A DNA stretch of 64,000 nucleotides from an uncultured Chlamydiales bacterium (GTDB taxonomy: Bacteria; Chlamydiota; Chlamydiia; Chlamydiales; Rhabdochlamydiaceae): positions 1,760,001-1,824,000 of the forward strand of contig OY969554.1 in assembly GCA_963700985.1 (NCBI GenBank), written 5' to 3'. Below the pieces are notes generated by a model. The model had not been told where the DNA came from, made no database searches, and saw only the letters and a list, made by a program, of their open reading frames with translations. Positions 1-10,577 of this stretch are shown piece by piece. Within the stretch, counting starts at the first letter, position 1; every line of letters begins with the position of its first letter. A program made the position numbers and the translations under genes.

Positions 1-10
1 GTTAGAGCAG

Positions 11-1069
11 ATGCTCGCTTTTCAGCATGAGCTCTGGGATGCGCATGCCATACCCCATGCAGCGGCGCAGCTTCAGAATCTAACGGTGAATAGAGCTAAA
101 GCGAAAATGGCTGATCATTTCGGCATGGGTGACAACGATCATTTTATCTTTGCACATAGCGCCGATGAGGCGATCCATAAACTTTTTCTTGCCACCTACA
201 TCGACCTAGTCAGAGAAACGGGACGTTCTCATTTTCTCACAGCACCTGGAGAGATTAGTTCGATTCTCTCCGCTACCGCGCGCATGGAGAAGTTAGGGTG
301 TGCCGTTAAAACACTACCTCTCAATGCGTATGGACAGATTACAAGAGCAGTTTTAGAAGAGAACTTACGCGCACGCACGGCGCTTGTCTCTCTTTCGTGG
401 GCAGATCCTTTTACCGGTGTGATTCAGCCCATCGCAGACCTCGGCGAACTATGTAAAGAAAAAGGCGTGCTTCTGCATGTAGATGCTACCGCTGCACTTG
501 GTAAATTCTTCTTCCGCTTTCAAGATCTAAATGTCGATTTTTTGACCTTCGATGGTAAATCTGTGCACGCGCCCGAAGGCACGGCGGGGTTAATCGTCAA
601 AGCCGGGTGTCTGCTCAGTACACTAAAAGATGGCGCTCAAAAACCTGCAGCCGCCATGCATGCGCTTGCACTTGCTTTCGATGATCTACATCAGTCTCTC
701 GATCACGTATGTATTGAAACAGCCAGGCTGAGAAATAAATTAGAAGAGGGATTGCAGGCCCAACTATCCGATGTTTCTCCCCTTTTTGCAGAAAGCGAAA
801 GAGCACCGCATATTAGCGCTATCGCCTTTCATGGGGTTAATGCGGAAGCGCTTCTTTTCCACCTTCACCGGCAAGGGATCTATGCCCAATTGGGTGGTGA
901 GGCTTTTACATCACTTCTTGCGGCTTGTGGCAAAGATAGCGCGCTTGCGCACTGCACTTTGAGCTTTGCACTTTGCTATGAAACCAGCGAAGCCGATATT
1001 GACTACGTCCTGGAAAAAATCATCTCTGCAGTAAAAAAACTGCGCCAAGGGAGCCAATGTCTGATTTAA
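11..1069 (+). CDS. NifS/IscS-like aminotransferase class V protein (degenerate cysteine desulfurase homologue); 5' end may lie outside the window
   Basis: LVSLSWADPFTGVIQPI, LLHVDATAALGK and R..H-I-S-A-I-A-F segments follow the IscS layout. The usual SGHK lysine motif reads FDGKSVH and the SSGSAC loop is absent. Confidence 0.8.
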   Translation: MLAFQHELWDAHAIPHAAAQLQNLTVNRAKAKMADHFGMGDNDHFIFAHSADEAIHKLFLATYIDLVRETGRSHFLTAPGEISSILSATARMEKLGCAVKTLPLNAYGQITRAVLEENLRARTALVSLSWADPFTGVIQPIADLGELCKEKGVLLHVDATAALGKFFFRFQDLNVDFLTFDGKSVHAPEGTAGLIVKAGCLLSTLKDGAQKPAAAMHALALAFDDLHQSLDHVCIETARLRNKLEEGLQAQLSDVSPLFAESERAPHISAIAFHGVNAEALLFHLHRQGIYAQLGGEAFTSLLAACGKDSALAHCTLSFALCYETSEADIDYVLEKIISAVKKLRQGSQCLI

Positions 1070-1809
1070 ACTGGCTAAATTTTAGCAATAAGTTACTGGC
1101 GCGCATCGAAAATCCCATCAGCATGGGTTATTTTACGCCTCAGAATGCCGATGCCCGAATGATGCGCCTTGCCGTTGGCAAAGAAGGAGATCTCGCCAAG
1201 GGAGATCTCGTGCAGCTCTACTTTTTAGTCGATTTGAGTGACGGTGTAATTGCCGATGCAAAATTCCAAGTTTTTGGCCCGCCCGCCCTTATCGGTGCAG
1301 CTGAGAGCGCCTGCGAACTAGTTTTGCGCAAGAACTACGAGCAAGCAAGGCGGCTTACCACTGAGCTGATCGAAAAGCAGATGCGCGATCGAGATGGAGA
1401 ATGCGCCTTTCCTAAAGAGGCAGATTGGGCGCTTAATTTTGTGCTCGATGCCATCGATAAGGCGGCTGAGCAGTGTATGGACATTCCCATCGCCGATGCC
1501 TATCTTGCGCCTCCCATCTCACCCAATGAGATTGGCGAGCAGCGTGAATATCCCGGCTGGAAAGAACTTACCTCAGGCCAAAAGATTGCTGTACTGGAAG
1601 AAGTCATTGCACAAGATATCCGCGCTTATATTGAGCTCGATGCCGGCGGCGTACAAGTGATCGATTTCATTGGAGAGAGTGAAGTAATTATTTCTTACCA
1701 AGGCGCCTGCACATCTTGTCATTCGGCCACGGGTGCCACCTTAAATTCAATTCAAGAGATTCTGCGCGCCAAAGTTTCTCCGGATCTCATGATCACTCCT
1801 CGTCTCTAA
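1057..1809 (+). CDS. NifU-like protein (IscU-like N-domain plus NifU-C domain)
   Basis: N-terminal DGVIADAKFQVFG is IscU-like. C-terminal IRAYIELDAGGV...YQGACTSC is the NifU-C CxxC motif. Overlaps the nifS-like gene. Confidence 0.85.
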   Translation: MSDLNWLNFSNKLLARIENPISMGYFTPQNADARMMRLAVGKEGDLAKGDLVQLYFLVDLSDGVIADAKFQVFGPPALIGAAESACELVLRKNYEQARRLTTELIEKQMRDRDGECAFPKEADWALNFVLDAIDKAAEQCMDIPIADAYLAPPISPNEIGEQREYPGWKELTSGQKIAVLEEVIAQDIRAYIELDAGGVQVIDFIGESEVIISYQGACTSCHSATGATLNSIQEILRAKVSPDLMITPRL

Positions 1810-1867
1810 TTGTCATCTGGACTATAATTTCCTCTCGATTAATCACTTTTAATGACGGGAGTTGTTT

Positions 1868-3154
1868 ATGGCCATCGATCCTTCTGTGCAATCGAAACCA
1901 GCCCTTCTCTATCAGCAGTTAACTTCCGAACTTAGCGACATCGAATGTAAGCAGATGGACGACAATCGCTGGTTTGAGCTGCAAGAAGATCATCTTGTGC
2001 TGGCTGAGCGACCTCTTGATTGTTTGGCGCTCATCTGGAAATTTTTAGTGCGTCTTTTTACAAATGAGCTTCCCAGGCTTGAACAGAAATTCACCCAGAT
2101 TACAGATCTTGTAGAAGCGTATTTAGGTGTTGAGAACGATGCTGAGAAATTGAGTGAATTTTTAGGGCGTTACTCAGTTGCTCTAAATGAACTCTATCGT
2201 TCTGCTGCCAAAATGCAAAGAGCTCAGCGAATTTCTGAACAAACAATTGCGCATATGAGGCAAAAGCCGGCGATAGAAGCATTTATTCTAGCTGACAAGT
2301 ATGTGAATTTTTTCAAGATGGGATCTTCTCTCAAAAATGCTGATGTGCAATTTAAGTTTGAAGAGAGAGACGCCAATTATGCGAATTTTCTATCCACGCA
2401 AAAATTTGTAGAGAGCCATATTGCTTGCTCTTTCGCAATAGATGTCACCAAACCCAACCGCATTTGGGCAGAGATAAGACATAACTTTCCTCTTAGAATG
2501 ATTGGTCAAGCTGCCTATCAGCTATCTATCGATTCAAAGGGCGTTCTTACTTCTAGTCGGCTGCCGGCAGATGCATCAAAAGGCCTTTTGCGTTTTCTAA
2601 ACCAGAGTGGCAAAGAGATGCGAGTTAACATTGCCTCGCAGGCGAGGGAGGTAGCCCAACTACCTGCAATTGAGATAGAGCAATTCGTCATGCACGACGG
2701 TGCATCAAAAGAGTTTATTGTACCTCAAGAGTTTCGAAATGTGGCTCTCAATGTGACAGCTCTATTTGAAACTGCTCGAAAGGATTTTAGGCTTTGCAAA
2801 TTGGCCTCGCACACATTTGTCATAGATAAAGATGCTGTTTTTCAATGGCATACGAGCCCTGGCTATGTGTGTAAAGAAGGAAAACAAAATTCTTTAAAGC
2901 TTGAAAAAGGGGAAGGGCTTACCTTGTCTGCGGTAAAAGATGCCTCCCCAGAACAATTAGTCGTCTTAGACGTAGAAGGAGCGTTTGAGATGCGCTTTGT
3001 GATAGATCGCAGTCAAGCGTTTGAGGCAGCTAGATATGACGATACATTAGCACACCTTTCACGCCACTTCGCGGGTCAGACAGAGCGCATAGCGAAAATC
3101 GCGCGCGAGGGAATCCAGGTGATCGCGCGTATTGATCAAGTGAAATGGCTATGA
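1868..3154 (+). CDS. Hypothetical protein, paralogue of 3213..4541 (possible secreted effector)
   Basis: Long ORF with ATG at 1868. Shares DNRWFEL..HLVL..RPLDCLALIW.FL.RLFT and the C-terminal LSR.F....ER.A.I.R.GIQ with the next gene. Confidence 0.75.
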   Translation: MAIDPSVQSKPALLYQQLTSELSDIECKQMDDNRWFELQEDHLVLAERPLDCLALIWKFLVRLFTNELPRLEQKFTQITDLVEAYLGVENDAEKLSEFLGRYSVALNELYRSAAKMQRAQRISEQTIAHMRQKPAIEAFILADKYVNFFKMGSSLKNADVQFKFEERDANYANFLSTQKFVESHIACSFAIDVTKPNRIWAEIRHNFPLRMIGQAAYQLSIDSKGVLTSSRLPADASKGLLRFLNQSGKEMRVNIASQAREVAQLPAIEIEQFVMHDGASKEFIVPQEFRNVALNVTALFETARKDFRLCKLASHTFVIDKDAVFQWHTSPGYVCKEGKQNSLKLEKGEGLTLSAVKDASPEQLVVLDVEGAFEMRFVIDRSQAFEAARYDDTLAHLSRHFAGQTERIAKIAREGIQVIARIDQVKWL

Positions 3155-3212
3155 TTAATAATTTTGTAATGTTTATAATTTTACCCACAAAATTACTTTA
3201 AATAGGTAACTT

Positions 3213-4541
3213 ATGGCTGCCGCAGGAAGAGTGGGTGCAAACCTCCAAAATCCCCAGATTCTTCTTCAACAACTTGAAGGTGAGTTTCAAGATATTTTAA
3301 CCAAAGAGGTGGGGGATAACCGCTGGTTTGAACTCAATGCTGATAATCATCTCGTGTTGCGCGACAGACCGCTAGATTGCCTCGCTCTTATTTGGGAATT
3401 TTTGATTCGGCTATTCACCAGCAAATTATCACGCATCGAACATAAGTTTGTAGCCATCACTGAGCGAGTTTCAGAATATCTAAAAGTTGAAGATGACATC
3501 TTGCGCTTGGGAGACTTCTTAAGTCGGCATACGCTTGTTATAAATGAACTTTATCAAAGCGCTGCGAAGATGCAATATGTCGGTCATATAACTCTGCGGG
3601 CACTGCAGAATATGAAACAAAAACAGGAGATTGCCGATCTGATTCTCACCGAATTAGATGAAAGACCTATAGCTCAAGGGCTGCGTCCTGCCTATGTATT
3701 TAGAGGGATTGCAACAATTGAAAATCAATATCCCCAAGATTCAAAAAACCTAGTGCGTTTTTGTTTTCAAAACGAAGAAGAGCCTTTAGAGGCAACTTTA
3801 TCAGGCCCTGAACTTGCTCCTCATCAATTTTTTTCTCAATCTTTTGAAAATTCTGGTAGATCAAATTCCGTTCAAGCAGATGTCACGCATTCTGCTCAAT
3901 TAGCCCAAGCGCGCATTGCTCTATCGGAAGTGAGCATTATGCAAAATGGCGAGATTCAGCTTAAACTGCTTACAACTCAAGGTGTTCCGCCGAATCACCT
4001 GCATTTTAAAAACGAAAGCAATATTGAGATGCTTGTAACGCTCCGTCCCGCAAGAGCTCCGTTTAATGCGTTTTCTTCTTTTCGACTTAATCCTGAAGAG
4101 AGCCTTACTTATTCTTTGACAGGTATATTAAATAATCAAGATTTAGGAATTCAGACAACATTCAGGACTCCTCCAAAGAATTTTACGCCCTCTTGTAAAT
4201 TAGCAAAATATCGAATAGAGGTCTGCGATAATGGAGCCCTTCAGATAGGCATTCTGCCGCAAAGAGTGGGAGAAACAGTTAGGCGTGTATTAAAAGAAGG
4301 CGATGCATTCACAATGGAGAGTTCAAATCCTGTTGGATGCGAACTCGTTACATTCCAGATAGAAGGAATGCGGCCTCAAAGAGCTTTAATTGAGGGAAAC
4401 ATCAAATGGAAAACCACATTTGCTGAGCAATTTTCCAAACTTTCGAGGGCATTTGGTCACGACCCTGAAAGATTAGCCCAAATACGAAGGGATGGAATCC
4501 AAATTGAAACCAAGCGAGAGCTGGTTGCCAAGGCTCTTTAA
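3213..4541 (+). CDS. Hypothetical protein, paralogue of 1868..3154
   Basis: 442-aa ORF after an AT-rich spacer with an AGGT RBS-like motif; same shared N- and C-terminal blocks. Confidence 0.75.
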   Translation: MAAAGRVGANLQNPQILLQQLEGEFQDILTKEVGDNRWFELNADNHLVLRDRPLDCLALIWEFLIRLFTSKLSRIEHKFVAITERVSEYLKVEDDILRLGDFLSRHTLVINELYQSAAKMQYVGHITLRALQNMKQKQEIADLILTELDERPIAQGLRPAYVFRGIATIENQYPQDSKNLVRFCFQNEEEPLEATLSGPELAPHQFFSQSFENSGRSNSVQADVTHSAQLAQARIALSEVSIMQNGEIQLKLLTTQGVPPNHLHFKNESNIEMLVTLRPARAPFNAFSSFRLNPEESLTYSLTGILNNQDLGIQTTFRTPPKNFTPSCKLAKYRIEVCDNGALQIGILPQRVGETVRRVLKEGDAFTMESSNPVGCELVTFQIEGMRPQRALIEGNIKWKTTFAEQFSKLSRAFGHDPERLAQIRRDGIQIETKRELVAKAL

Positions 4542-5275
4542 CAGACTTCGCCCGCCGCAATGGTTGCAATTTTACCATCGGGCAAAAGTAAGTTGAGCCT
4601 GCCATCTGGATTGATCGATTGACAAATGCCGCGGAGCGTCTCATTCCCATTCGAACAAGTGATAGATTCGCCACAAAAGGCTAAGCGCGCTTGATAAGCG
4701 GCTTGAAAAGGAGCGAAACCCTCTTTCTCTAAGCGATCGAGATCGGTGAGGAATTGCTGGAGCAGTGGCTCGAGGATCTGTTCGAGGGCCCAGGTGTGTC
4801 CGCTAAGTTGCGCAAGAGAGGTAGCTGGTTGATCGATTGTGGCTAAAAGCTCTGCAGACATGTTGACGTTGATGCCAATGCCTAAAATGATTCCCAGATG
4901 ATCTTCAAGAGTGGTCGTCTCACATAAAATTCCTGATACTTTCTTTCCTGAAATCAGGAGATCGTTGGGCCATTTTATTTTTGGCGCAAACCCCTTTTTT
5001 TCTAAAATGGTGGCACAAGAAAGTGAGAGGATCTGCCCCAAGTTAGAAACAATCTTGCTTTCTTTGGACAGTGTGAAAAAAAGCGTGGCGATGATGTTTT
5101 GTCCACGACCCGACACCCAACGACGTTTGAACCTACCACGACCGGCCGTTTGTTCGAGGGCGGTGATGCAGGTTAAATTCTCTGGGTCGAGTGTTTCTGC
5201 ATTTTTCTTGGCCCAAGTGTTCGTCGAGTCAATCGTATCGAAATGCAGGTAATGAATTTTTTTATTTTTTGTCAT
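4538..5275 (-). CDS. birA: Biotin--[acetyl-CoA-carboxylase] ligase
   Basis: IDSTN, QTAGRGR, KWPND, KVSGIL and GIGINVN motifs; no N-terminal HTH. Confidence 0.95.
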   Translation of the reverse strand: MTKNKKIHYLHFDTIDSTNTWAKKNAETLDPENLTCITALEQTAGRGRFKRRWVSGRGQNIIATLFFTLSKESKIVSNLGQILSLSCATILEKKGFAPKIKWPNDLLISGKKVSGILCETTTLEDHLGIILGIGINVNMSAELLATIDQPATSLAQLSGHTWALEQILEPLLQQFLTDLDRLEKEGFAPFQAAYQARLAFCGESITCSNGNETLRGICQSINPDGRLNLLLPDGKIATIAAGEVC

Positions 5276-5356
5276 AAGTCTCAAATGAGAGAGTGAGTAT
5301 ACTCCAAATTACCTTAAAAGACGCAAGCCACTCTAGCTATCCTAGGACCTTTTTGT

Positions 5357-6472
5357 ATGTGGGATCATAGATTCCTAAGCCGCATCGATTTCCGTGTCCT
5401 TCCAATTCTCTTTGGGCTGATGATTATCAGCTTACTTGTGATCTCTGCCACTACAGGTGAAGAAGGTTTTTTAACACCCACTACCAAAAGTCAGCTTCAG
5501 TGGTTTGTACTAGGCTGGGCGGTTTTTCTTTTTTTTGCGGCCTTCGATTACCGCAAGTTTCGCGAATGGGCCGGAGTTTTCTACATAATAATGATCCTGC
5601 TTCTGATGGGGCTTTTCTTTGCCCCAACGATTCAAAACGTACAACGCTGGTATCGTTTGCCTGGGCTGGGGATTGCAGTGCAGCCTTCCGAATATGCCAA
5701 GCTTATCGTAGTTATCGCCCTGAGCTGGTTTCTGGAAAGCCGTGCGCAAGAGATCCGTCAAAATAGAGCCACTTGGCGGGCGATTTTAATTGTGTTAATT
5801 CCGTTTCTTTTGATTCTCAAACAGCCCGATCTCGGCACCGCGCTCGTGCTCTACCCCATAGCGCTAGTGATGTTCTATTTTGGAGGGATCAAGAAAAAAG
5901 TTATCGTGATTATGTCCTGTATGGGAATCGCCGGCTTCGTGTTTGTCAGTCTGATGTTTTTAGGAATTCTTCCACACGAGGAGATGCGCCCCTACGTCAC
6001 TAAAGTGATTAAGGAATACCAATACGAGCGTCTCAACCCGAATACTTATCACCAGAGGGCCTCACAGACAGCAATTGCACTAGGAGGCATCACAGGCAGC
6101 GGATGGCATAAGAGTGAGTTTACCGGCCGTCAATGGCTTCCTGCGGCCCATACAGATTCAGTCTTTGCTGCCTATGCAGAAGAGTTTGGTTTAGCCGGTG
6201 TCTTTTTGCTGCTAGTCTTCTTTTTTGGTTTAATCTATTTTAGTTTTCAGGTAACAGCAGTAGCTAAGGACAGCTTTGGGCGCCTTCTCTCGGCGGGCAT
6301 TACCGTCTATTTGGCAATGCATATGATTGTCAATATGGGGATGATGTGTGGATTTCTACCCATCACCGGTGTTCCGTTAGTATTAGTCACCTATGGGGGC
6401 TCTTCGATTTTATCGACGATGACTGCGCTGGGAATCTTACAAAGTATTTATAGCAGAAGGTTTATGTTCTAA
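5357..6472 (+). CDS. rodA: Rod shape-determining protein RodA (SEDS family)
   Basis: QPSEYAK, KQPDLGT, LPAAHTDSVFA, LPITGVPL..YGGSS motifs; multi-pass membrane protein. Confidence 0.92.
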   Translation: MWDHRFLSRIDFRVLPILFGLMIISLLVISATTGEEGFLTPTTKSQLQWFVLGWAVFLFFAAFDYRKFREWAGVFYIIMILLLMGLFFAPTIQNVQRWYRLPGLGIAVQPSEYAKLIVVIALSWFLESRAQEIRQNRATWRAILIVLIPFLLILKQPDLGTALVLYPIALVMFYFGGIKKKVIVIMSCMGIAGFVFVSLMFLGILPHEEMRPYVTKVIKEYQYERLNPNTYHQRASQTAIALGGITGSGWHKSEFTGRQWLPAAHTDSVFAAYAEEFGLAGVFLLLVFFFGLIYFSFQVTAVAKDSFGRLLSAGITVYLAMHMIVNMGMMCGFLPITGVPLVLVTYGGSSILSTMTALGILQSIYSRRFMF

Positions 6473-7002
6473 TGTCAAAGCATGCATTCATTCTGGCACC
6501 TAGTTCTTGGCTTGGCGAAGGCAAAATTCAGCTAAATATGGTTGAAGAGGAGCTGGGCTTTGTCACACGTTGGAGCATCTCAGATCGCGATCCTACGGGC
6601 AAAATCGAGTGTGTTCAAGAGATCCAAGTCAAAGGGCTCTCAGATGTCATGCATAATCAATTTTCTTTTTACGACATCACCCAAAGCAATTTCGCAGTCG
6701 ATCTCGAGAATCCAGCACTTGGTCGAGTTGTGGGCACAGGCATTATCAGCGAAAAAGTCATTGGCTGGGAATTTCGAGTGGAAGATCTTGGATTCGAAGG
6801 TTTTGAGTTTTATGAACTGCAAGAAGATGGCAGTTACCTCATGCGTGCAGAATATGCGACTTCAGATCAATTTCGCACGGTTATTCGAGGCAAAGTCTGG
6901 GCTCAAGCTGCAAAAGATCAGACCAAGATTCAAGAGCCTGAGATGAACCGAGATTCCGAGCTAGATCCGGACGGCGAACAAGACAGCGAGGAAAATTCAT
7001 GA
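6472..7002 (+). CDS. Hypothetical protein (beta-rich, acidic tail)
   Basis: 176-aa ORF translationally coupled to rodA (TAATG overlap). Confidence 0.7.
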   Translation: MSKHAFILAPSSWLGEGKIQLNMVEEELGFVTRWSISDRDPTGKIECVQEIQVKGLSDVMHNQFSFYDITQSNFAVDLENPALGRVVGTGIISEKVIGWEFRVEDLGFEGFEFYELQEDGSYLMRAEYATSDQFRTVIRGKVWAQAAKDQTKIQEPEMNRDSELDPDGEQDSEENS

Positions 7003-7361
7003 AAGCCTTTTTTTCTTTGTTCATGCTGGTTTTACTCGCTTCATGCTTCACACGTTCAGCCATGATGACCCAAGAAACTTTTGGCACAATTACTCTCGGC
7101 ACACCCATCTCTGAAGTCATTGCAGAGGTTGGTGATCCTTACGCGATTCACTCCAAAGGCGGCGGCATACAAGAGTATGAATATGTTGAGCGCGTTGGGT
7201 CTGAAAATAGTCTTATCTATGAAAATCACTACTTCTTAAAAGTCTCGCAAGGCCAAGTTGTTTCTAAGCGCATGACGCGCGAGAAACTGCCAGCCTACGA
7301 CTTGATTTACCAAGAAGATCCAAACTACCCTTATCTCCAAAGCGCTCCTCGTACGCCTTAA
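6999..7361 (+). CDS. Small lipoprotein (SmpA/BamE-like fold possible)
   Basis: Lipobox LLASC; ITLGTPISEVIAEVGDP resembles the SmpA/OmlA motif; ATGA overlap with the upstream gene. Confidence 0.7.
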   Translation: MKAFFSLFMLVLLASCFTRSAMMTQETFGTITLGTPISEVIAEVGDPYAIHSKGGGIQEYEYVERVGSENSLIYENHYFLKVSQGQVVSKRMTREKLPAYDLIYQEDPNYPYLQSAPRTP

Positions 7362-7444
7362 GAGAGTCAGTAATCTTTGCCTGAGCGTAAGCGCGAATGC
7401 TTTCGTGCCCACGTGCGTGCCCTTGCCTTAAAATTCTGGGGATA

Positions 7445-7514
7445 ACAGGATATGAAGGATGGGATAAAAATATCCTGCGTATCTTGCCGCTTGCGATCCT
7501 GCATATCCTGTAAA
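7445..7514. repeat. Palindromic intergenic repeat (REP-like)
   Basis: acaggatatgaaggat (7445-7460) pairs with atcctgcatatcctgt (7496-7511) with 1 mismatch. A related inverted copy lies at 58847-58885. Confidence 0.6.
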
Positions 7515-7605
7515 TGATTTACTAAAAAAACTTGTAGAGCTACACGAATTTCAGCATAGCATGGTATTCGCTATGTATATTCAAATTTAGAAGAGGGATA
7601 AGCTT

Positions 7606-7628
7606 TGGAGTCCTTAAAAAGGACTCCA
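7606..7628. terminator. Hairpin downstream of rpsJ
   Basis: tggagtcct-taaaa-aggactcca, a 9-bp stem right after the rpsJ stop. Confidence 0.55.
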
Positions 7629-7632
7629 TGAG

Positions 7633-7953
7633 CTATTGAGCTTTGATTTTGATGTCTACGCCGGCAGCAACTGGCAAAACTTTAAGTTTGTCAATCGTGT
7701 CAGGTGTTGGGTTCAGAATGTCAAGCATGCGGATATGTGTGCGCATCTCAAACTGCTCGCGTGATTTTTTGTCGACGTGAGGTGAGCGCAGCACAGTGAA
7801 GATCTCGCGCTTTGTTGGGAGAGGAATTGGACCCGCGATACGCGCACCAGTGCGCTTCGCTGTCTCAACGATATCTGCTGTTGAGCGGTCGAGGACACGT
7901 TGATCGTAACCCTTCAACCGTATTCTTATCTTTTTTTTGGTCTGCTTTGCCAT
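7633..7953 (-). CDS. rpsJ: 30S ribosomal protein S10
   Basis: [32 protein letters not shown]. Confidence 0.99.
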   Translation of the reverse strand: MAKQTKKKIRIRLKGYDQRVLDRSTADIVETAKRTGARIAGPIPLPTKREIFTVLRSPHVDKKSREQFEMRTHIRMLDILNPTPDTIDKLKVLPVAAGVDIKIKAQ

Positions 7954-7961
7954 AATTCTCT

Positions 7962-10052
7962 TTATTTTTTCACAATCTCTTCTTGGATCTTAGTTGGAAC
8001 ACGCTCGAAGTGGCTTGGTTCCATGGTGTATGTCGCACGGCCTGAGCTGATAGAGCGCAGCTGTGTCGAATAACCAAACATCTCACTGAGGGGCACTTCA
8101 GATTCTACTTCTACGAGGCCTTTGAGAGATTGCTGGTTTAAAATCTTCCCGCGGCGTCTGTTTAAGTCGCCAATGACGTCGCCCATGAACTGATCAGGCG
8201 TAGTCACTACCACTTTCATGATTGGTTCAAGAAGAACTGGCTTACACTTACGAGAAGCTTCTTTTACAGCCATCGAGGCGCAAATCTTAAACGCCATCTC
8301 ACTAGAGTCAACTTCGTGGTAAGAACCGTAAGTGATCGCCACTTTGACGTCGACCAGCGGATAGCCTGCCAACACGCCTGTAGTGAGTCCCTCTTCAATA
8401 CCTTTGATACAAGGATTGATGTATTCTTTTGGAATAACACCGCCAACAATCTTGCTGACGATCTCATTGCCTTTACCTTTCTCATTTGGCTCGATTTCCA
8501 AGCAGACGTGCGCGTATTGACCGCGGCCACCAGATTGCTTGACGTACTTGGTTTCAGTTGAGCCTGGGATGCTAATTGTTTCTTTGTAGGCAACTTCAGG
8601 CTTACCTACGTTCGCTTCCACGTGGAATTCGCGGAACATACGGTCTCTTAAAATCTCGAGGTGAAGTTCACCCATACCTGCAATGATGGTCTGGCCTGTC
8701 TCTTCGTTGGTCTGAACGCGGAAAGTAGGATCTTCTTCAGAGAGCGAGCTCAATGCTAAAGAGAGTTTCTCGCGATCTCCCTTAGACTTAGGCTCGATTG
8801 CCATAGAGATAACTGGTTCTGGGAACTCCATCTTCTCTAAGAGCAGAGGGCTGTCTTCAGAGCAGAGGGTATCGCCAGTACTTGTATATTTTAAGCCGAT
8901 GCACGCAGCGATGTCGCCGGTGAAAAAGTCGTCGCGGTCTTTACGCTGGTTAGCATGCATCTCAAGCAAGCGAGACACGCGTTCTCTTTTATCTTTGGTC
9001 GTATTGATTAGGCTGGTGCCTTTTGAGAGCGTACCACAGTAGACGCGCACGAAAGTTAATCTGCCTACATACGGATCGGACATGATTTTAAACGCAAGAG
9101 CAGCCAAAGGAGCGCTGTCATCAGGATTTAACTCCATCGGCTCATCTGTGTCGATGTTGATGCCTTTAATTGTGCCGCGATCGAGCGGAGAAGGCATCCA
9201 GTTTACAACGGCATCCAGAAGAGGTTGAATCCCTTTGTTCTTGAAGGCTGTGCCGCAAAGAACAGGATTGAGTTTGTTTGTGACCACGCCTTTACGAATA
9301 GCAGCATGGATCTCTTCTTGAGTAAGTGAATCTGGGTTCTCAAGCACCTTCGTCATGAAGGACTCATTCGATTCATCGATTGTAGCTAACTCTTCGAGGA
9401 GTTCTGAACGCATTTTTTTGCAGAGTTCGAGAAGGTCGGCTGGGATTTCTGCAACTGTATATTTTGCGCCAAGAGTTTCGTCGAGGAAGAGGTAAGCTTG
9501 CATTGTCACTAGATCGACCATGCCTTTAAATTCACCTTCTGAACCGATTGGGCACTGGACAGGAATCGCATTCGCGCCGAGTTTTTCTCTCATAGACTTG
9601 ACTGACATGAAATAGTCTGCGCCTACGCGGTCCATCTTGTTGATGAAGGCGATACGCGGAACTTTATAACGTTCAGCTTGTCTCCAAACAGTTTCAGATT
9701 GAGGTTGCACGCCAGCGACGGCATCAAAGACAGCAACGGCGCCATCGAGAACGCGCAGAGAGCGCTCCACTTCAATCGTGAAGTCTACGTGGCCAGGAGT
9801 ATCGATAATGTTGATTTTAGAGTCATTCCAATAGACAGTAGTAGAAGCTGAGGTGATCGTGATTCCACGTTCACGCTCTTGTTCCATAAAGTCCATCGTG
9901 GCAGCGCCTTCATGCACCTCTCCGAGGCGATGAACTCGACCAGAGTAATAAAGAATACGCTCGGTACAAGTGGTCTTTCCGGCGTCAATGTGCGCCATGA
10001 TCCCAATGTTACGTACTCTTTCTAACTTATCTGTTTCTGCTCGCTTGCCCAT
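7962..10052 (-). CDS. fusA: Elongation factor G
   Basis: [38 protein letters not shown]. Confidence 0.99.
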   Translation of the reverse strand: MGKRAETDKLERVRNIGIMAHIDAGKTTCTERILYYSGRVHRLGEVHEGAATMDFMEQERERGITITSASTTVYWNDSKINIIDTPGHVDFTIEVERSLRVLDGAVAVFDAVAGVQPQSETVWRQAERYKVPRIAFINKMDRVGADYFMSVKSMREKLGANAIPVQCPIGSEGEFKGMVDLVTMQAYLFLDETLGAKYTVAEIPADLLELCKKMRSELLEELATIDESNESFMTKVLENPDSLTQEEIHAAIRKGVVTNKLNPVLCGTAFKNKGIQPLLDAVVNWMPSPLDRGTIKGINIDTDEPMELNPDDSAPLAALAFKIMSDPYVGRLTFVRVYCGTLSKGTSLINTTKDKRERVSRLLEMHANQRKDRDDFFTGDIAACIGLKYTSTGDTLCSEDSPLLLEKMEFPEPVISMAIEPKSKGDREKLSLALSSLSEEDPTFRVQTNEETGQTIIAGMGELHLEILRDRMFREFHVEANVGKPEVAYKETISIPGSTETKYVKQSGGRGQYAHVCLEIEPNEKGKGNEIVSKIVGGVIPKEYINPCIKGIEEGLTTGVLAGYPLVDVKVAITYGSYHEVDSSEMAFKICASMAVKEASRKCKPVLLEPIMKVVVTTPDQFMGDVIGDLNRRRGKILNQQSLKGLVEVESEVPLSEMFGYSTQLRSISSGRATYTMEPSHFERVPTKIQEEIVKK

Positions 10053-10069
10053 ACTCTATTTCTAGCTCC

Positions 10070-10543
10070 TTACCACTTGTAGTGAGCAAAAGCTCTGTTA
10101 GCTTCTGCCATTCGATGTGTGTCGTCTTTTTTCTTAATTGTCGTGCCTTGATTCTGGTAGCAGTCTGCTAATTCTGCAGCGAGGTTCTCTTCCATAGAGC
10201 GGCCTGCTTTAGATTGAGCATGTGCAATGATCCAGTTAGACGCCATGGAGGTACGTCTATCAGGGGAGATTTCGACAGGTACTTGGTATGTTGCACCGCC
10301 AATTCTGCGCGACTTTACTTCAAGCGCAGGCTTTGCGTTTTCGAGAGCTTGCTCGAAAGCGGCCAAAGCATCTTCGGCTTTAACACGTTTAGCGAATTTC
10401 TCAAGCGCACCGTAAAAAATACGACGAGCTGTTGTTTTTTTGCCGTCTTTCATCACTTTGTTGATGAATTTAGAGACCATGAGACTTCCGTAAATTGGAT
10501 CAGGCTCGGATTCTCTTTTTACTGCGCGACGTCTACGTGACAT
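10070..10543 (-). CDS. rpsG: 30S ribosomal protein S7
   Basis: EVKSRRIGGATYQVP, HRMAEANRAFAHY. Confidence 0.99.
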   Translation of the reverse strand: MSRRRRAVKRESEPDPIYGSLMVSKFINKVMKDGKKTTARRIFYGALEKFAKRVKAEDALAAFEQALENAKPALEVKSRRIGGATYQVPVEISPDRRTSMASNWIIAHAQSKAGRSMEENLAAELADCYQNQGTTIKKKDDTHRMAEANRAFAHYKW

Positions 10544-10577
10544 CTGCTATCCTCACTTTGCAAATTGGAAAAATTAG

